This document shows, piece after piece, positions 37,682 through 49,199 of a DNA stretch of 64,000 nucleotides. The stretch's first letter is position 1. Every line of letters begins with the position of its first letter. Made by a program: the position numbers and the translations under genes. The stretch comes from Rhizodiscina lignyota. Taxonomy: Eukaryota. Location of the stretch: contig ML978128.1 in NCBI GenBank assembly GCA_010015805.1, positions 1,302,001-1,366,000 of the forward strand, written 5' to 3'. The notes below the pieces were generated by a model, which was not told where the DNA came from, searched no databases, and saw only the letters and a list, made by a program, of their open reading frames with translations.

Positions 37682-39728
37682 TTATCCACTTGTTGCCTCA
37701 GTGGTACCAGCGCCACCTCGTCCGCGCATGCCACCCCTTCCTCGTCCATAGCCCCTACCACCTCCTCTACCATAGCCTCTACCGCGTCCACGGCCGCGGT
37801 AACCGCCTCGGTATCCATCGACACTGCCTTGTCCGAATGTCTCGAGATTCTTCTTCCGCTCCTCGGTCCTGAACTCGCGGCCCCCAAGCTTTGCTCCAGT
37901 GTTGACCGCATCTTCCCTATCCCTCAGCTCGCTGCTGAGATTGTCGAAGAAGCTGGTGCTCTTGTTGTAGACCGGCGCAGAAGCCGGTGGAATTGTCACG
38001 TCATCCGCTTTGTTCTCGCCTGAACCGTTCGTATCTGCATGCTCCTGGAAATGGCCATTCAATGCACTTGCGCCTTCACTAGGAGAGGCCAGAGGGGAGC
38101 CAGAAGCGATTGCCTCCTTCACCAAGTCCTGCTTGTTGAATTTCTTGTTTGCCGACTCGAAGTCGTAGTCCTCCTCTGGTACCTCGACCTTCGGTCGCTG
38201 ACCGTGACCGAATTCTCTGCCACTTCCTCTTCCTCCACGACCTCCACGACCTCCGCGCTGGCCTGTGGCATAACCTCCTGTACCCTGTGCATTTCCACGA
38301 CGGATGCGATCGTCTGTTCGCATCTCTTGAACCTTTCTGGTGAGATTTTCCACGCTATCGTTAACTGGAGCCGGAACCCCATGCTTTGGTTGGCCTGGCA
38401 TGGGTGGGAGCTTGGCCATCGCCGCAGCAACTGCGGCGGTAGCTGCGTGAGTCGCGTTCTCATATTGTTGTGCGCTAGCCAGTGGAGTAGGGGCCGCAGC
38501 TTTTGGCGCTGCAGCTTGTGCACCAACATTTCCAGCGCCTGGCAAGGGCACTGCAGGCACGATTCGTCCAGCTTTGGGGCCAGTGGGAGCCAATTTGGGA
38601 GGTGTTCCAGCACCAGATGGTGCAAGAGCGGCGGCAACAGGAGGTTTGCTCTCCATCGGGGGAGGCGGACCTTTGGCGGCTGGTCCTGCAGGTATCGGAG
38701 TAACGGTCTTGCTTGCCGGTCTCGCATCGTTCGCAGTCGAAGGCTTTGGCTGATCTGCAGAGAGCTCTTGCTTCTCGGTTGGAACTGCTGCCTTCGGTGC
38801 ACTAGGCGTCTGCTGATTGGGAGGGCCTATAGGACCTTGCGGAGGAGAGAACGGTCCAGGTGGCTGGTTGGGGAAACCTTGGCCTGGCGGTGGATACCAG
38901 CCCGGAGGTGCGCCATATGGACCTGGATAAGGAGGGAACGCATTTGGGGCTCCAGGACCGCCAGGACCGCCAGGGAAGCCGCCAGGTGGGCCTCCTGGCG
39001 GACCGAAGCGCTGTCCCTGGAATGGTGGTGGGTATTGACCATACGGAGGAAAGGGTGGTTGCTGGGGGATATTCGGTGGCTGCTGCGGGCGTTGTTGGTT
39101 TCCAGTATTCTGCGATTGAGGACGAGCAGACTGTTGTTATGAGGCTCATTAGCAATGAACTTCTGATACGTTTTCAAGAGCTATTGCAGTTGTGTAAAGA
39201 GTCAGAAGGAAGGCAACGGAAATGTCCACAGCGTTTTGCGCTTTCGGTTATACTGAAAAGTTTCATCCGTATTGCTATCATCACCCGAACGACAAATATG
39301 CAAAATATGGTATTCGACTCACGCCGAGGATTGCAGGATCATTTGGGACTTGTGGAGGTGGAGGAGGTTTGGTCTCCTTCGCTGGCTCCTCAATCCTCAG
39401 ATCCTTCACATCGCTGCCACGAAAGACTATGTATTCGTAAATGGAGTCGGAAGGTGCGATCTCCTCCGCGGGATTGGCTTTGCGTCCTTCCGTGCCGAAC
39501 GAGGTCACATTTTCGAGTGCGACTGTGGAGTTTTCCGAGCTGATTTCGTGGAGGGTGCCAACGTAGCTGCCGTGTATTAGTCCAATGCACATGAACAATA
39601 ATTTTCGAGTGACGTACCGGATGTCGCTTTTGGAGATGAGAGATATGCGCGCCCTATTGGTTCTGTTTAGTGAAACGTGGATCGAATAGCTGGAGCTCTG
39701 GGGTCACATACCCGATGTATTCAGACAT
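37682..39728 (-). CDS. SCD6: Lsm14/Scd6 (Sum2) P-body mRNA decapping/translation repressor
   Basis: MSEYIG / ARISLISKSDIR / YVGTLHEISSENSTVALENVTSFGTEGR...YEYIVFRGSDVKDL (Lsm14 domain); FDF-type (DYDFESANKKF), FFD and TFG boxes; RGG tail. Confidence 0.95.
39198..39287 (-). ncRNA. Intronic box C/D snoRNA, snR52-like (18S rRNA Am420-equivalent guide)
   Basis: Inside an SCD6 intron: box C GTGATGA (39284-39278) and box D CTGA (39205-39202). The guide GTTGCCTTCCTT abuts box D and is complementary to the conserved 18S sequence AAGGAAGGCAGC. Confidence 0.85.
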
Positions 39729-40025
39729 CGCGCACAGTGGTGAGGAGGTTCAGAGTAATGGAAATGAGTAAAGCGGCCCAAAAGAGCCAATGAAGGCTGG
39801 AGCGCAGAGCGGATTCGAGATTTCGAGGGATGTTGTGGAGTCGAGGTGGAAAGAAGACGAAGTGTGGGACGGTGTGAGGCCAAGCTCGACCAGCCACAAT
39901 TGCACTTTTTGGTCACGTGCACCCTCACTGCCTTACCTAGTTGACTTGCAGCTTCCTCGCCGGCTTCAGTTACTTCAAACAAGAGACTCATCATCATAGT
40001 AATTTCCGAATTCTAATTGCTCATT

Positions 40026-40639
40026 ATGGCTAGTGCACCAGAACTCGCCAGTGGCGTAGATGCTCAACAAGCCCTGTTCGAGCGTCTGGAAAGCTACGAT
40101 TGGGATAACGACGCTGAATTCAACCAAGGGTTGAATGCCATCTTAGCATCGAATCCACCGCCAGAACAGGCAGCAGAGATCATTTTGAGGGCACGGTGCT
40201 TTTACTTTGCGAGGTGGGACATGGACATGTTCCCTCCGTGACACCCAACTTACTGAGCAACACCAGGAAAATCAATGCCTCGATCGACTTTGATGCGTAC
40301 AAGGCATGGCACGCGACTTCCCAGCAATCTCAGCGGGCTTCTACTGTTACGAATGGCAGCAGTTTTGCCACAAGCGCCGAAAATCCGTCTGAGCATGGAG
40401 CGTCTTCAGCTCCGGTTCAGAGTGTAGCGCAAACTCCGCAAGGAGATGCACCTTACCCGACGTCCTTTGCACAGATTGTTGAGCTTATCACCTCAGGCCA
40501 GCCTATTCCGGGCATCAAGGATATCCCGAATACTGTCTTGGAAGGCCAGCAGTCCGAGAGCAACAAGCCGAAAAGACGGAAGCCTTGGGAGAAAGACGAG
40601 TCTGCTGTCCTCCAAGAGACTCCGCTATCTACTTCGTAA
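40026..40639 (+). CDS. PEX39-like (DUF5572/C6orf226) peroxisomal import factor with KPWE motif
   Basis: Two exons (intron about 40214-40267). Motifs YDWDNDAEFNQGL, ARCFYFAR, YPTSFAQIVELITSGQPIPGIKDIP and C-terminal RRKPWE. Confidence 0.75.
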
Positions 40640-41502
40640 TGATTGAAGGGATCGTTGGAGGAACCTGTGGAATTACGCCTGGCGTTGCCTTCACGGTCAT
40701 ATCATTTGTCCTTGACGGCCTTGTGTGGTGTGGCTGAATGACTATCCCTGCACAGGAATGAGATGACTTAGAGAAGGAACTGGCCGCTGGCGCTGCATGA
40801 CTGAATGTCAAGAGACCTTTCACTCGAGCACAAAATTCATCCTTGCTTTCAATCAAGAGATGATGGTAAAAGGTGTTCCGGCAAGGTGAACGCCTTCGCA
40901 GTTGGACGCCTTTCTATGCAACCTGGCAATGTTGGTGAGGAGAAGTAGAATTAGCCAAGGATGTAATCAAGGACGTCTTTGAAGAATTGAATAAAGCCCT
41001 GCCGCAAAGTAAATGCAGCAGCAGGAACGATTTCAAGCTTGAGAGGAGCTTTCTCGAACAAAGCGAAAGCTATGTCCGACGGTCTTAGAGAGTCTTCCGA
41101 CTCAGCCTCCACAGCCCAACATTCAAGTATTTCCTTACATGATAGTATCTTACATTACTGGGCCAGGTGAGGTGGAGAGAGAAGAAGGACGGAAACACTA
41201 CCCGGCAACACTCGGAAATAGAGCATTTGTAACAAGTGCGAATAGTATTACAGCAATTGATTCTTGCCGTCATTCGCAGAAGTTGCTATTGATCACAGAA
41301 CACTCTGTCTGTTATGCTTAGCGAAATCCATAAAGCGAAGATACTTCTCAGATGAAGCATCCCCATTCGATATCCCACTTGGGTATATGCCGCCAGAATG
41401 CCATTGCGCCAGAACAATGCAGTGAACGCTTCCATCAACCAACCAGCACAAGCCAGTCAAACATATGATATGCCAAAATCATCACACAGGTCCCATCACA
41501 TG

Positions 41503-44070
41503 TCAGTTCACGCCGTTAGTGCAAAGATCTCTTAGCGGGGAGGGTAAACTGCCAACGCCCTTTTCTGCCTCACTTCTCACTCTCGCGGCCTCCTCGCCTT
41601 TGCCACACCGCGCGAGAGTGTCGGCCAACATGCCATTCGCGGCGCACGTCCACAGCTGGCTCTTGCCTCTCTTCGCAAGGTGTAACCCTGTCCTCGCGCT
41701 TTTCTCCGCTTGGTCTCCGGCAAGGTCTTTAAAGAAGAAGGCGGTCATGAAATTCAGAGAGATGTAAAGTAGCTGGCTGTTATTAATTGCCTTGGCGTCC
41801 TTGAGAGCAAGTTGGAGATGCTGTTTCATCTTCAATATTGTACTTTCGTCGGTGCGAGGAGATATTGCGCGCATGAGGTAGAACGCAGAATGTATTGATT
41901 TATTTGCATGCTGAATGCAAAACGGTTCGAGTCGAGCGAGAAGATCTGGGAAGAGCGTGTGTCGATTATGCATCGGGGAACGGATAACGAGGAGAGTATT
42001 GAGAGCGGCAAGTATACACAAGTCTGTCTGAGCATCGTTCATCCGGTTCTTATTTGTCGGAAGCGCGAAAATCGGCGACAGGAAGATTTCCACGGCGGTA
42101 GTTGTATCGCCAATTGCCTGCGAGATGGTAGCTTCTACGTAACGTAGCCACCTGCTGATATCATCTGTAAGCTTGAAAGCCGGGTCTTTGACTTCTGTCT
42201 CAAGTCTATCAAGATGGGATCGTGCGGATGTCCAGTCTGCTCGTTGGCAAGCTATTAATGCCAACTGTAAGCGCATGAACCAAGATGACATGGCATGCCA
42301 TTCATATCTTTGTGAAGCTGTCGTGACTGTAGAATGGTCGGTGCTTGGTGACTTAAGAAGTTCTGCAGTCAATTTAGTGTCTCACCGTGAACGAGTCATT
42401 GTTCTCAAGACGCACCTTTAGCCATCCTCAATCCCTCAAGTAGGTAATTGTTAGCTTTGTCGTCTGTGATGGATTTGGATTGGATAGCTGTGATTCCACT
42501 GAGGTAGTAACCCAGCATATACAGGTCCCGCTGAGGCAGCCAATGGAACGAGAGCGAAACCTGTCCTTTGCTTTCGAAATTGAGTATGTCGCCTGTATTC
42601 CCAATCAAATTGGGGTCCACAATATGATTGAGACAAACTGTGAAGGAGCCATCCGAGTTCCATGCTAATTTGGGGTTTGCCTCGTCCATAAGGTGTTGCA
42701 TAGCATTCATCTTCATATTAGCCTGCTCAGGGTTCTGAGAGTGCTTCAGACTACATGCCAAGTCAACAATATCCAGGATAGCCCAGACTTGAGACAGCTC
42801 AGTCGACGGTAACTGCAGCTGATAACTCCGAGCTGATGCGATTGCCCGCTGCGCTTGTTCAATGCTCTCTGGACCACCACTCTTGAGATGAATCATGGCT
42901 TCGAATGCAGCAGACGTGATGAATATTTCAACGTCACCAAAGGACTCTGCGGTTGCGGAGATGCTGCGGAGATGCTGCAATGCAACCAGGCTTTCCTGAT
43001 GAGACTCCATTTGGGACGAGAGAGTTACGCGGAGAAACCGTAACGCATATGTCCAAGCAGTATGTTGGAATCTATATTTGTCAGTGCTGTCCAGATATGA
43101 ATAACTTGAAATCCTCACGTCTCGACATCCGGGATAAGCTTATCGAGGCTCTTCAAAGCTGCCTTTGGCTTTGTGCGGAATAAGACTCGGGCCTGAAGAT
43201 GTTGCATGCTGTATTTGAGGTCCAAAAGGCGATTCTAAATCCATTAGCTGGGCCAAATCGATGGTCGTCGGGGACTTGCCCTTTCGCAAAGCATTATCTG
43301 CGTCACGTGAGCGCGCGTTCGAGCGTGATTATACGTGTCTCATGTACTTACGCCTTTATTCAGCACCTCTTCCGCATCTAGATTATTATTCGTCTCTTCA
43401 AAGAGCAGTGTCGCGTATCGGAGTCTTAAGGAAGCTTCTGCACGCGGCTCTAACCTATACTTCTACTCTGCACGTTAGCGAACGCGAAAGAAGAGCGATG
43501 TACTAAGCATACCCTCAAAACCGCGTCCATACAGCGCATACCCATCGCTATGAGCTTATAGTATTCCTGGAGCCTTGTGTCCTGCTTCATCAACGCGACC
43601 ATTGGTCCCATACCTCTCGCCGTGGAGATGTACTCATCCGCGAGTGACAAGAGAAGCTGCTGAAGGTCGACAGGAGGGGACGCAGGCTTCGGGGGTTGCG
43701 GCGGCAGTTGAGGTATCACCTCAGGTTTTCTTGAAGTCGGTGTAGAAAGCATTTGGTCATGTTGATGTGCCCGGGGTTGCGGACGTGGCTGCTTCGGTTG
43801 ACGAGGTTGCTGTTGCATATGTTCGCGATAATCTGAGAGGTCTTGAAATTGGCTAAGATAATCGGGTGGGCGTTGTGGTATAATGACCATTGAGGCTGCG
43901 TTGTACTGATGAGCCGCTTGAGGCGGCGGTGGTGGAGGTATTGAATGAGGTTGCTGTTGCGCATGCGGCAGGTACGGCGGAGGGTAGTTGATGGGCCGAT
44001 TAGGCTGCCCCGAGGAGGCATACGCTCCATTAGGATGGGACCCGTAAGGGTTAAACATCTGCCAGTCCAT
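41503..44070 (-). CDS. Cohesin loader subunit MAU2/Scc4 (TPR-like)
   Basis: Four or more exons. Pro/Gln-rich N-terminus, LLLSLADEY, YYKLIAMGMRCM, WTYALRFLR, helical TPR-like C-terminus. Confidence 0.8.
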
Positions 44071-44411
44071 GATGGTGGGCCAAAAGCCCGTTCAGGGCCC
44101 GTCAAACCGAATTCCAGGGTTCGTCAAGCCTGCGTTCGTCAAATGAACAAGCCGTGAGGTTGCGTAGATAGCCGCATTCGGTGGGTGAAGAAAGCGTCTA
44201 TTGGCCAATATAAGCGCAAACGGCTCAACACGCTGTGACGCGGCCGTGTCACTGCGCTTAGGCGAGCCGAGGCACCCTGCTCGTTATCGATAGCACCTTC
44301 CAAGTGCATTTTCGAACATTGCGGCGGTAGAAATTGACCCACTTTCCAATTTCTGCACTTCACCTTGACAGATCAAGGTATCTTACTTTCACTCAGTTCT
44401 TCCAGGCTGCA

Positions 44412-45809
44412 ATGTGGTTCTCGTGGCTTTTTGGCTACGCGAAGGTGGCCTTCTACGGCGCCAAAAACACAATCATTCTCACGGCTAAGGATGGATCTGA
44501 AAAGTCACTCGTAGACATCTGCAAATCAGCCACTCCAACATGTCGCCTGCACCCTCTCCTATTTAATGGACACCTGCAGACTATGTACACGGCCATTGGT
44601 AAACAAAGTATACCGATCATTTACAAACGCAAAGTCTTCGAATCGGACGATCCAGAGGTCGCAGGCTCATTTGTAGTTGACTTTGTGGTACATGAGCCGA
44701 GTGAAGTGGACAAGACTCTACCTCCACGCACGACTTACTATTCTGAGGACGAACTAGCGAATATCGGATCACTCGACATCAAGCCAATGCTCATCACACT
44801 CCATGGACTCAGTGGAGGATCACATGAAGACTACTTACGACATGTCTTCGCTCCCTTGTGCACTGAGGAAGGTGGGTGGGAAGCATGCGTTGTGACTTCT
44901 CGCGGCTGTGCCATGTCCAAAATCACTACAGAAGTGCTTTACAATGCGCGAGCTACTTGGGACTTTCGACAGGTAGTCAACTGGTGCCGAAAGACATTTC
45001 CAAATAGGCCGCTCTTCGGCATTGGTTATTCACTGGGAGCCAACATTTTGACCAATGTAAGTAAAGCTTGTCTATATTTCTGCTTAGGCCTTACGAATGG
45101 TAGTATCTCGGTGAAGAGGGCAATAAGTGTCCACTAAAAGCGGCTGTCGTTGTAGCCAACCCGTGGAACCTCGAAATCGGCAATGTGGGCCTCAACAGCA
45201 CCTGGTTGGGTCGAGAGGTCTACTCCAAGACCCTGGGAACAGCGATGAAAAGGCTCTTCATGGGACATGTCGATCAAATTTCAAAGAACCCGAGAATCAA
45301 CGTTGAGAATGTCATGAACGTGAAATATCTTTTCGAATTCGATAGAGAGCTGCAAGGGCCGACTTGGGGCTATCCCACCGAAAATGCGTACTACCGAGAC
45401 GCCTCCTCTTCCGACTCACTACTCGCCATTCGGATTCCAGTCTTCGCGGTAAGTGCCGAAGATGATCCTATTGCAACAAAGCTTGCCCTTCCATACGAGG
45501 AGATCAAGAAGAACCCATTCGCATGCCTTTGCGTGACCTCCACTGGCGGACATCTTGCCTGGTTTGAGCTAGGCGGTGGAAGGTGGTTTGTCAAGCCAGT
45601 GAGTAACGTCCATGTGGGAGCGCTGCCAAATGCTCAATAATTTCTAGATTGTGGGTTTCTTGCAAACCATGGCGAGAGACATCGATCATGTAAAGTCCAG
45701 CAAGAAGCTCGATGATATGATCCAGGCAATGATACAGCCCAGTCATGCTGATGCAGGCTTCCGGCCGATGCGTCGCAAACTCCGGTATCATCATGACCCT
45801 GATGATTGA
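44412..45809 (+). CDS. AB hydrolase family 4 (Eht1/Eeb1/YheT-like acyltransferase/esterase)
   Basis: LFNGHLQT, LHGLSGGSHEDY, SRGCA, nucleophile GYSLG, AEDDPI and GGHLAWF; two introns; last exon ends ...RRKLRYHHDPDD*. Confidence 0.9.
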
Positions 45810-45840
45810 AAAACGGGGAGGAGATCTTTGCCTGAGGTGC

Positions 45841-46789
45841 TCAACCGAAAGACACTCGTTTCTTGTTCTTTTTCGGTGCGGAAGTTTGAGCGTTTGCATC
45901 TGTCGCATTCAAGGCGTCGCCGTCGCTCTTGCGCTTTCTATGTTTACGGAGCGAGTTTTTGGTTTCTTCCTGCAAGCATATATTAGAACATGGCTGGAGT
46001 TTCTTCGCGCGGATTCCGCGCGATTTGCTTTTACAACTGCTGCAAGCCGGCAGGGTAGGGTGTGCTAAGGGAAGTACATGAATCATGGAGGTACTTTCTT
46101 GTCCTACTAGCTCTAAGAGGTCAAACAAGACAAAATGTGCCTTGCTCTCCGCTCCCAGAATCGAACTAGGGACCTTTCGGTGGCAGATATGAGCAATTAC
46201 AGCCGAACGTGATAAACCAACTACACCAAGCGGAGTAACCAAGCTGAGCATGGGCTTGTGGGGGTTTGGAAGTAAAAATTTCTTCCCAGCGACTGTCACG
46301 GAATGGTGAATTGCAACTCACCAGCTTTGATTTCTTGTCCACTTGCCTCATCTCCGCCTCCTTCCTCCTAGCCTCCCTTATTTCCTCCATTTGTCTCGCC
46401 TTCATCATCTTGCTCTCAATCTGGCCCTCCTTGTCCGCATTGACCATTGCCAAAATCGTCATCATGCTCTGTTGATCGTCGACGAAGACCTTGCCCTTCT
46501 TCTTCCCCTTCGGCTTCTGTACGCCCGCCGGTGTGATCATATTCAGCTTTGGAATTCCAAGCTCTTTCTCAGTGTATGTTCGCCGTTTCTTCTTCGTAGA
46601 AGGAGCATCGGCGCGCTTGGTCTTGATTTGGTCTTTTGGCTTCGGTACGCTGCGCTTCTTCGCGCTGGAGGACGATTTGCTCGATGGTTTGCTCGATGGT
46701 TTGCTCGACGGTCTGCTCGAGGGTTTGGAAGCAGAAGAACTAGATTTGAATTTAGAGCCTGAGCCTTTGGATGGCGGCTTTGGCGCCAT
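45841..46789 (-). CDS. LOC1: 60S ribosomal subunit assembly/export protein Loc1 (198 aa)
   Basis: Exon 46322-46789 ([45 protein letters not shown]), 352-nt intron 45970-46321, exon 45841-45969 (EETKNSLRK...KKRVSFG*). Confidence 0.9.
46146..46235 (-). tRNA. tRNA-Tyr(GTA) with 15-nt intron, inside the LOC1 intron
   Basis: Exact reverse complement of 47029-47118. Acceptor stem CTCCGCT/AGCGGAG, C1:G72, A73, T-loop TTCGATT. Confidence 0.9.
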
Positions 46790-47028
46790 AATTTCAAAAG
46801 GCTGTTGCCCTTAAATCAAATTATCGTGTTGTTGATGATGATGTGTGCGCAGATGTGCACTGGGCTTGTGACTTTTTGCCCGCAAAATGCGACAAAGTGG
46901 GTCCTTGAACGGCGAAGGCTTCCTTAGGCTTAGCGCACAACCGGCTCACTTTCGTAAATCAATTACGCTACCTATATATTTTATTTTTATTTTCCAGAAC
47001 CCCCACAAGCCCAGGCTTAGCTTGGTTA

Positions 47029-47118
47029 CTCCGCTTGGTGTAGTTGGTTTATCACGTTCGGCTGTAATTGCTCATATCTGCCACCGAAAGGTCCCTAGTT
47101 CGATTCTGGGAGCGGAGA
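47029..47118 (+). tRNA. tRNA-Tyr(GTA) with 15-nt intron (47068-47082)
   Basis: Cloverleaf: acceptor CTCCGCT/AGCGGAG+A, D-arm GTGTAGTTGGTTTATCAC, anticodon arm TTCGG-CT GTA A^A-CCGAA, T-arm CCTAG TTCGATT CTGGG. Followed by a long T-run (Pol III terminator). Confidence 0.95.
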
Positions 47119-47329
47119 TTTTTTTTTTCTCTTTTGTGCGCGCAATTAGTTCACCTTTTGGCTTTTTGTTCTTCCATTCGACTTCATTTTTGAGATTTTC
47201 GGTGGCAAGAGATCATTATGTAAGCAGGTCGTGCTTTCCAGTCTGGCAATCACGTCTCGAGGGAGGTCTCCCCTTTTCCCACACCACATCTACCAGTCGC
47301 ACTCACCTGCCACTTGCTGCAGGTGAGTG

Positions 47330-47832
47330 TCCTGCCTTAATGGAAGCAAAAGTCGTCACGCAATGTACGTCACCATGGTCAGCCGCGACAAAATTCCCTC
47401 TGAAGTCAAATGGATCTCTGCACATCTACTGCCCGATCAACGACGCGACCATCAAGGATGGGTACCCGATGAGACGTATAGAGCCAATCCTCAATGAGCT
47501 CAGTCAGCCTCATTTATAGTATATGTTCCAAGCTGATGCAGTAAACGGGTACTGGGCTGTTCCGATTGCGCCTGAACATGCATACAAAACTGCCTTCTCC
47601 ACAATCTTCGGACAGATATGTTATCTCCGAATGGGGTAAGGTCTTATTGGGGCTCCAGCAACATACTCAAAACTCAGACATCGCGATGGGATATATCCCG
47701 ATACCCAACTCCGAACTCCCACTCTCAGAGGTGATGAAGGAGCATGTCTCCTTTGAGTATTTCGTCGATGATGATCTGGGCGGGGCGGACACCTTCACTA
47801 ATTTGATTCGCTTCTTGCACGAATTCTACTTC
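47330..47832 (+). mobile_element. Degenerate Ty3/gypsy reverse transcriptase fragment
   Basis: SPWSA, PINDATIKDGYPMRRIEPIL, *YMFQADAVNGYWAVPI, YKTAF, YLRMG*GLIGAPATY and YFVDD. Contains in-frame stops and a frameshift. Confidence 0.9.
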
Positions 47833-47959
47833 ACCTGCAGCAAGCTGCAGGTGAGTGGGAAGTACATAACAGAGAGCGGGTCGAGGGTGAGAAGAAGGCT
47901 GATTCAGAGCTACAAGATAGTGCACCACCGTAATGTATATGATCTTTAATTAATTGAGG

Positions 47960-48510
47960 TTATGCTCGAGAAAGCTGTGGATGTTTAATAAGTATTGTCA
48001 GATGTATGTCAAACCATCCCTTCAGAGACGCTCTTGCTTGCGTTGAAGAGTAATACTTATTTATACTCTCCTTGTCCGACTTATCCAGCTCAACCAGTTT
48101 GTTGCCCTCAAGTGCGAATCTCTTCGCTTTTTCTGTTATGTAATTTCTTAATTCTTCGCGTTCAAGACTGCAGAGAAAAGCAGACACATGGCGACTCTGC
48201 TACCAAAGAATCTTCAAGGTAGAAGGAGATATGACTGGACTGGTCTTGCGCCCAGGAAGGAGCATTGAAGCCACGCCAAAGGCAGAATTTACAGGCCGGA
48301 TATATCTTCCTCCACCTCAAGCATATGCGCAGGCACTTCCTTCTGGATCCTCGACCTCTTCAACCTCATCCTCCACCACCTCTACTTCCGCGGCCCCAAC
48401 CTCCTCAACCTCCTCAACATAACCTCCCCAGCTCGACCTCCTCAACCCCCCAACCTCAACCTCCACTATCACTCCCTCCTCTTCCCACAAGCGAAAAGTC
48501 GATGTCAACG
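47960..48510 (-). pseudogene. Possible degraded coding remnant (Glu/Val-rich repeat plus helical fragment)
   Basis: CCT/CAA-rich tract 48310-48485 reads EEVEEV...EDEVEEVED on the minus strand; downstream ORF 47960-48187 is protein-like. No family recognised. Confidence 0.3.
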
Positions 48511-49199
48511 ATACGATATCGACGGAGCCAACGTGAAAAGGCAGCGAAGTGAGTGGCTACTACGAATGTACCGTGAATGTCTGCTCCCTAGTCATAAGGA
48601 GGACGCCGAAAATGGCTATATCCGACCGGAATTTGAGGCGGACAGACAGTACATCGAGTATTGACTGGTTACGGGTACGCACACCCAACGGCTCTCAGCA
48701 GCGGAGGGATGGCCTAAAAGGTACTGTGGTTCGGAATTACTGTCCGTGACACAACAAGCCAACATGCCTCTCGGAGCCATCAAAACTTCCCTGCTTCTCT
48801 TTCTTCTTCCCTTGGACGGCGTGCGGGATTAAGCCACACGGCCTTCTTGCAAGTTGCACCTGGGTGCGGACGGTCTGGCAAACCTCCGTACTCCAGCATG
48901 GGTCCCGCTTTTTCGAAGCGCTGGAGATAAAGGATACGGTAATTTCGCGAAAAGCCCAGTCAAGAAATAGATATTTGAGGTGTGGAATGTCACTTTCGAG
49001 GCATGATTTGGAGGCGGTGTTAGGCCACAAAACAAAAGGAACGCTTGCCTATTATAGTAAGGTTACTTAGGGCACTTGGGGGATATCCTGCTGGCAGACA
49101 CGCTCGAGGGTATTTCATAACTGCATCCAGAGGGAAAAACTAGTGGAATCCTTTGAAGCTGCGAAGACCCATAGTTCTTGCAAATTAACTATAGCTGTT

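Noticed and set aside
38039..39543. Long plus-strand ORFs (367 aa and 227 aa)
   Set aside because: Antisense shadows of the GC-rich SCD6 coding sequence with no recognisable motifs.
46887..47330. 5' part of the 210-aa ORF, and matching peptide text in ORF 45841-46299
   Set aside because: The shared 'peptide' is just translation through the duplicated tRNA-Tyr genes.
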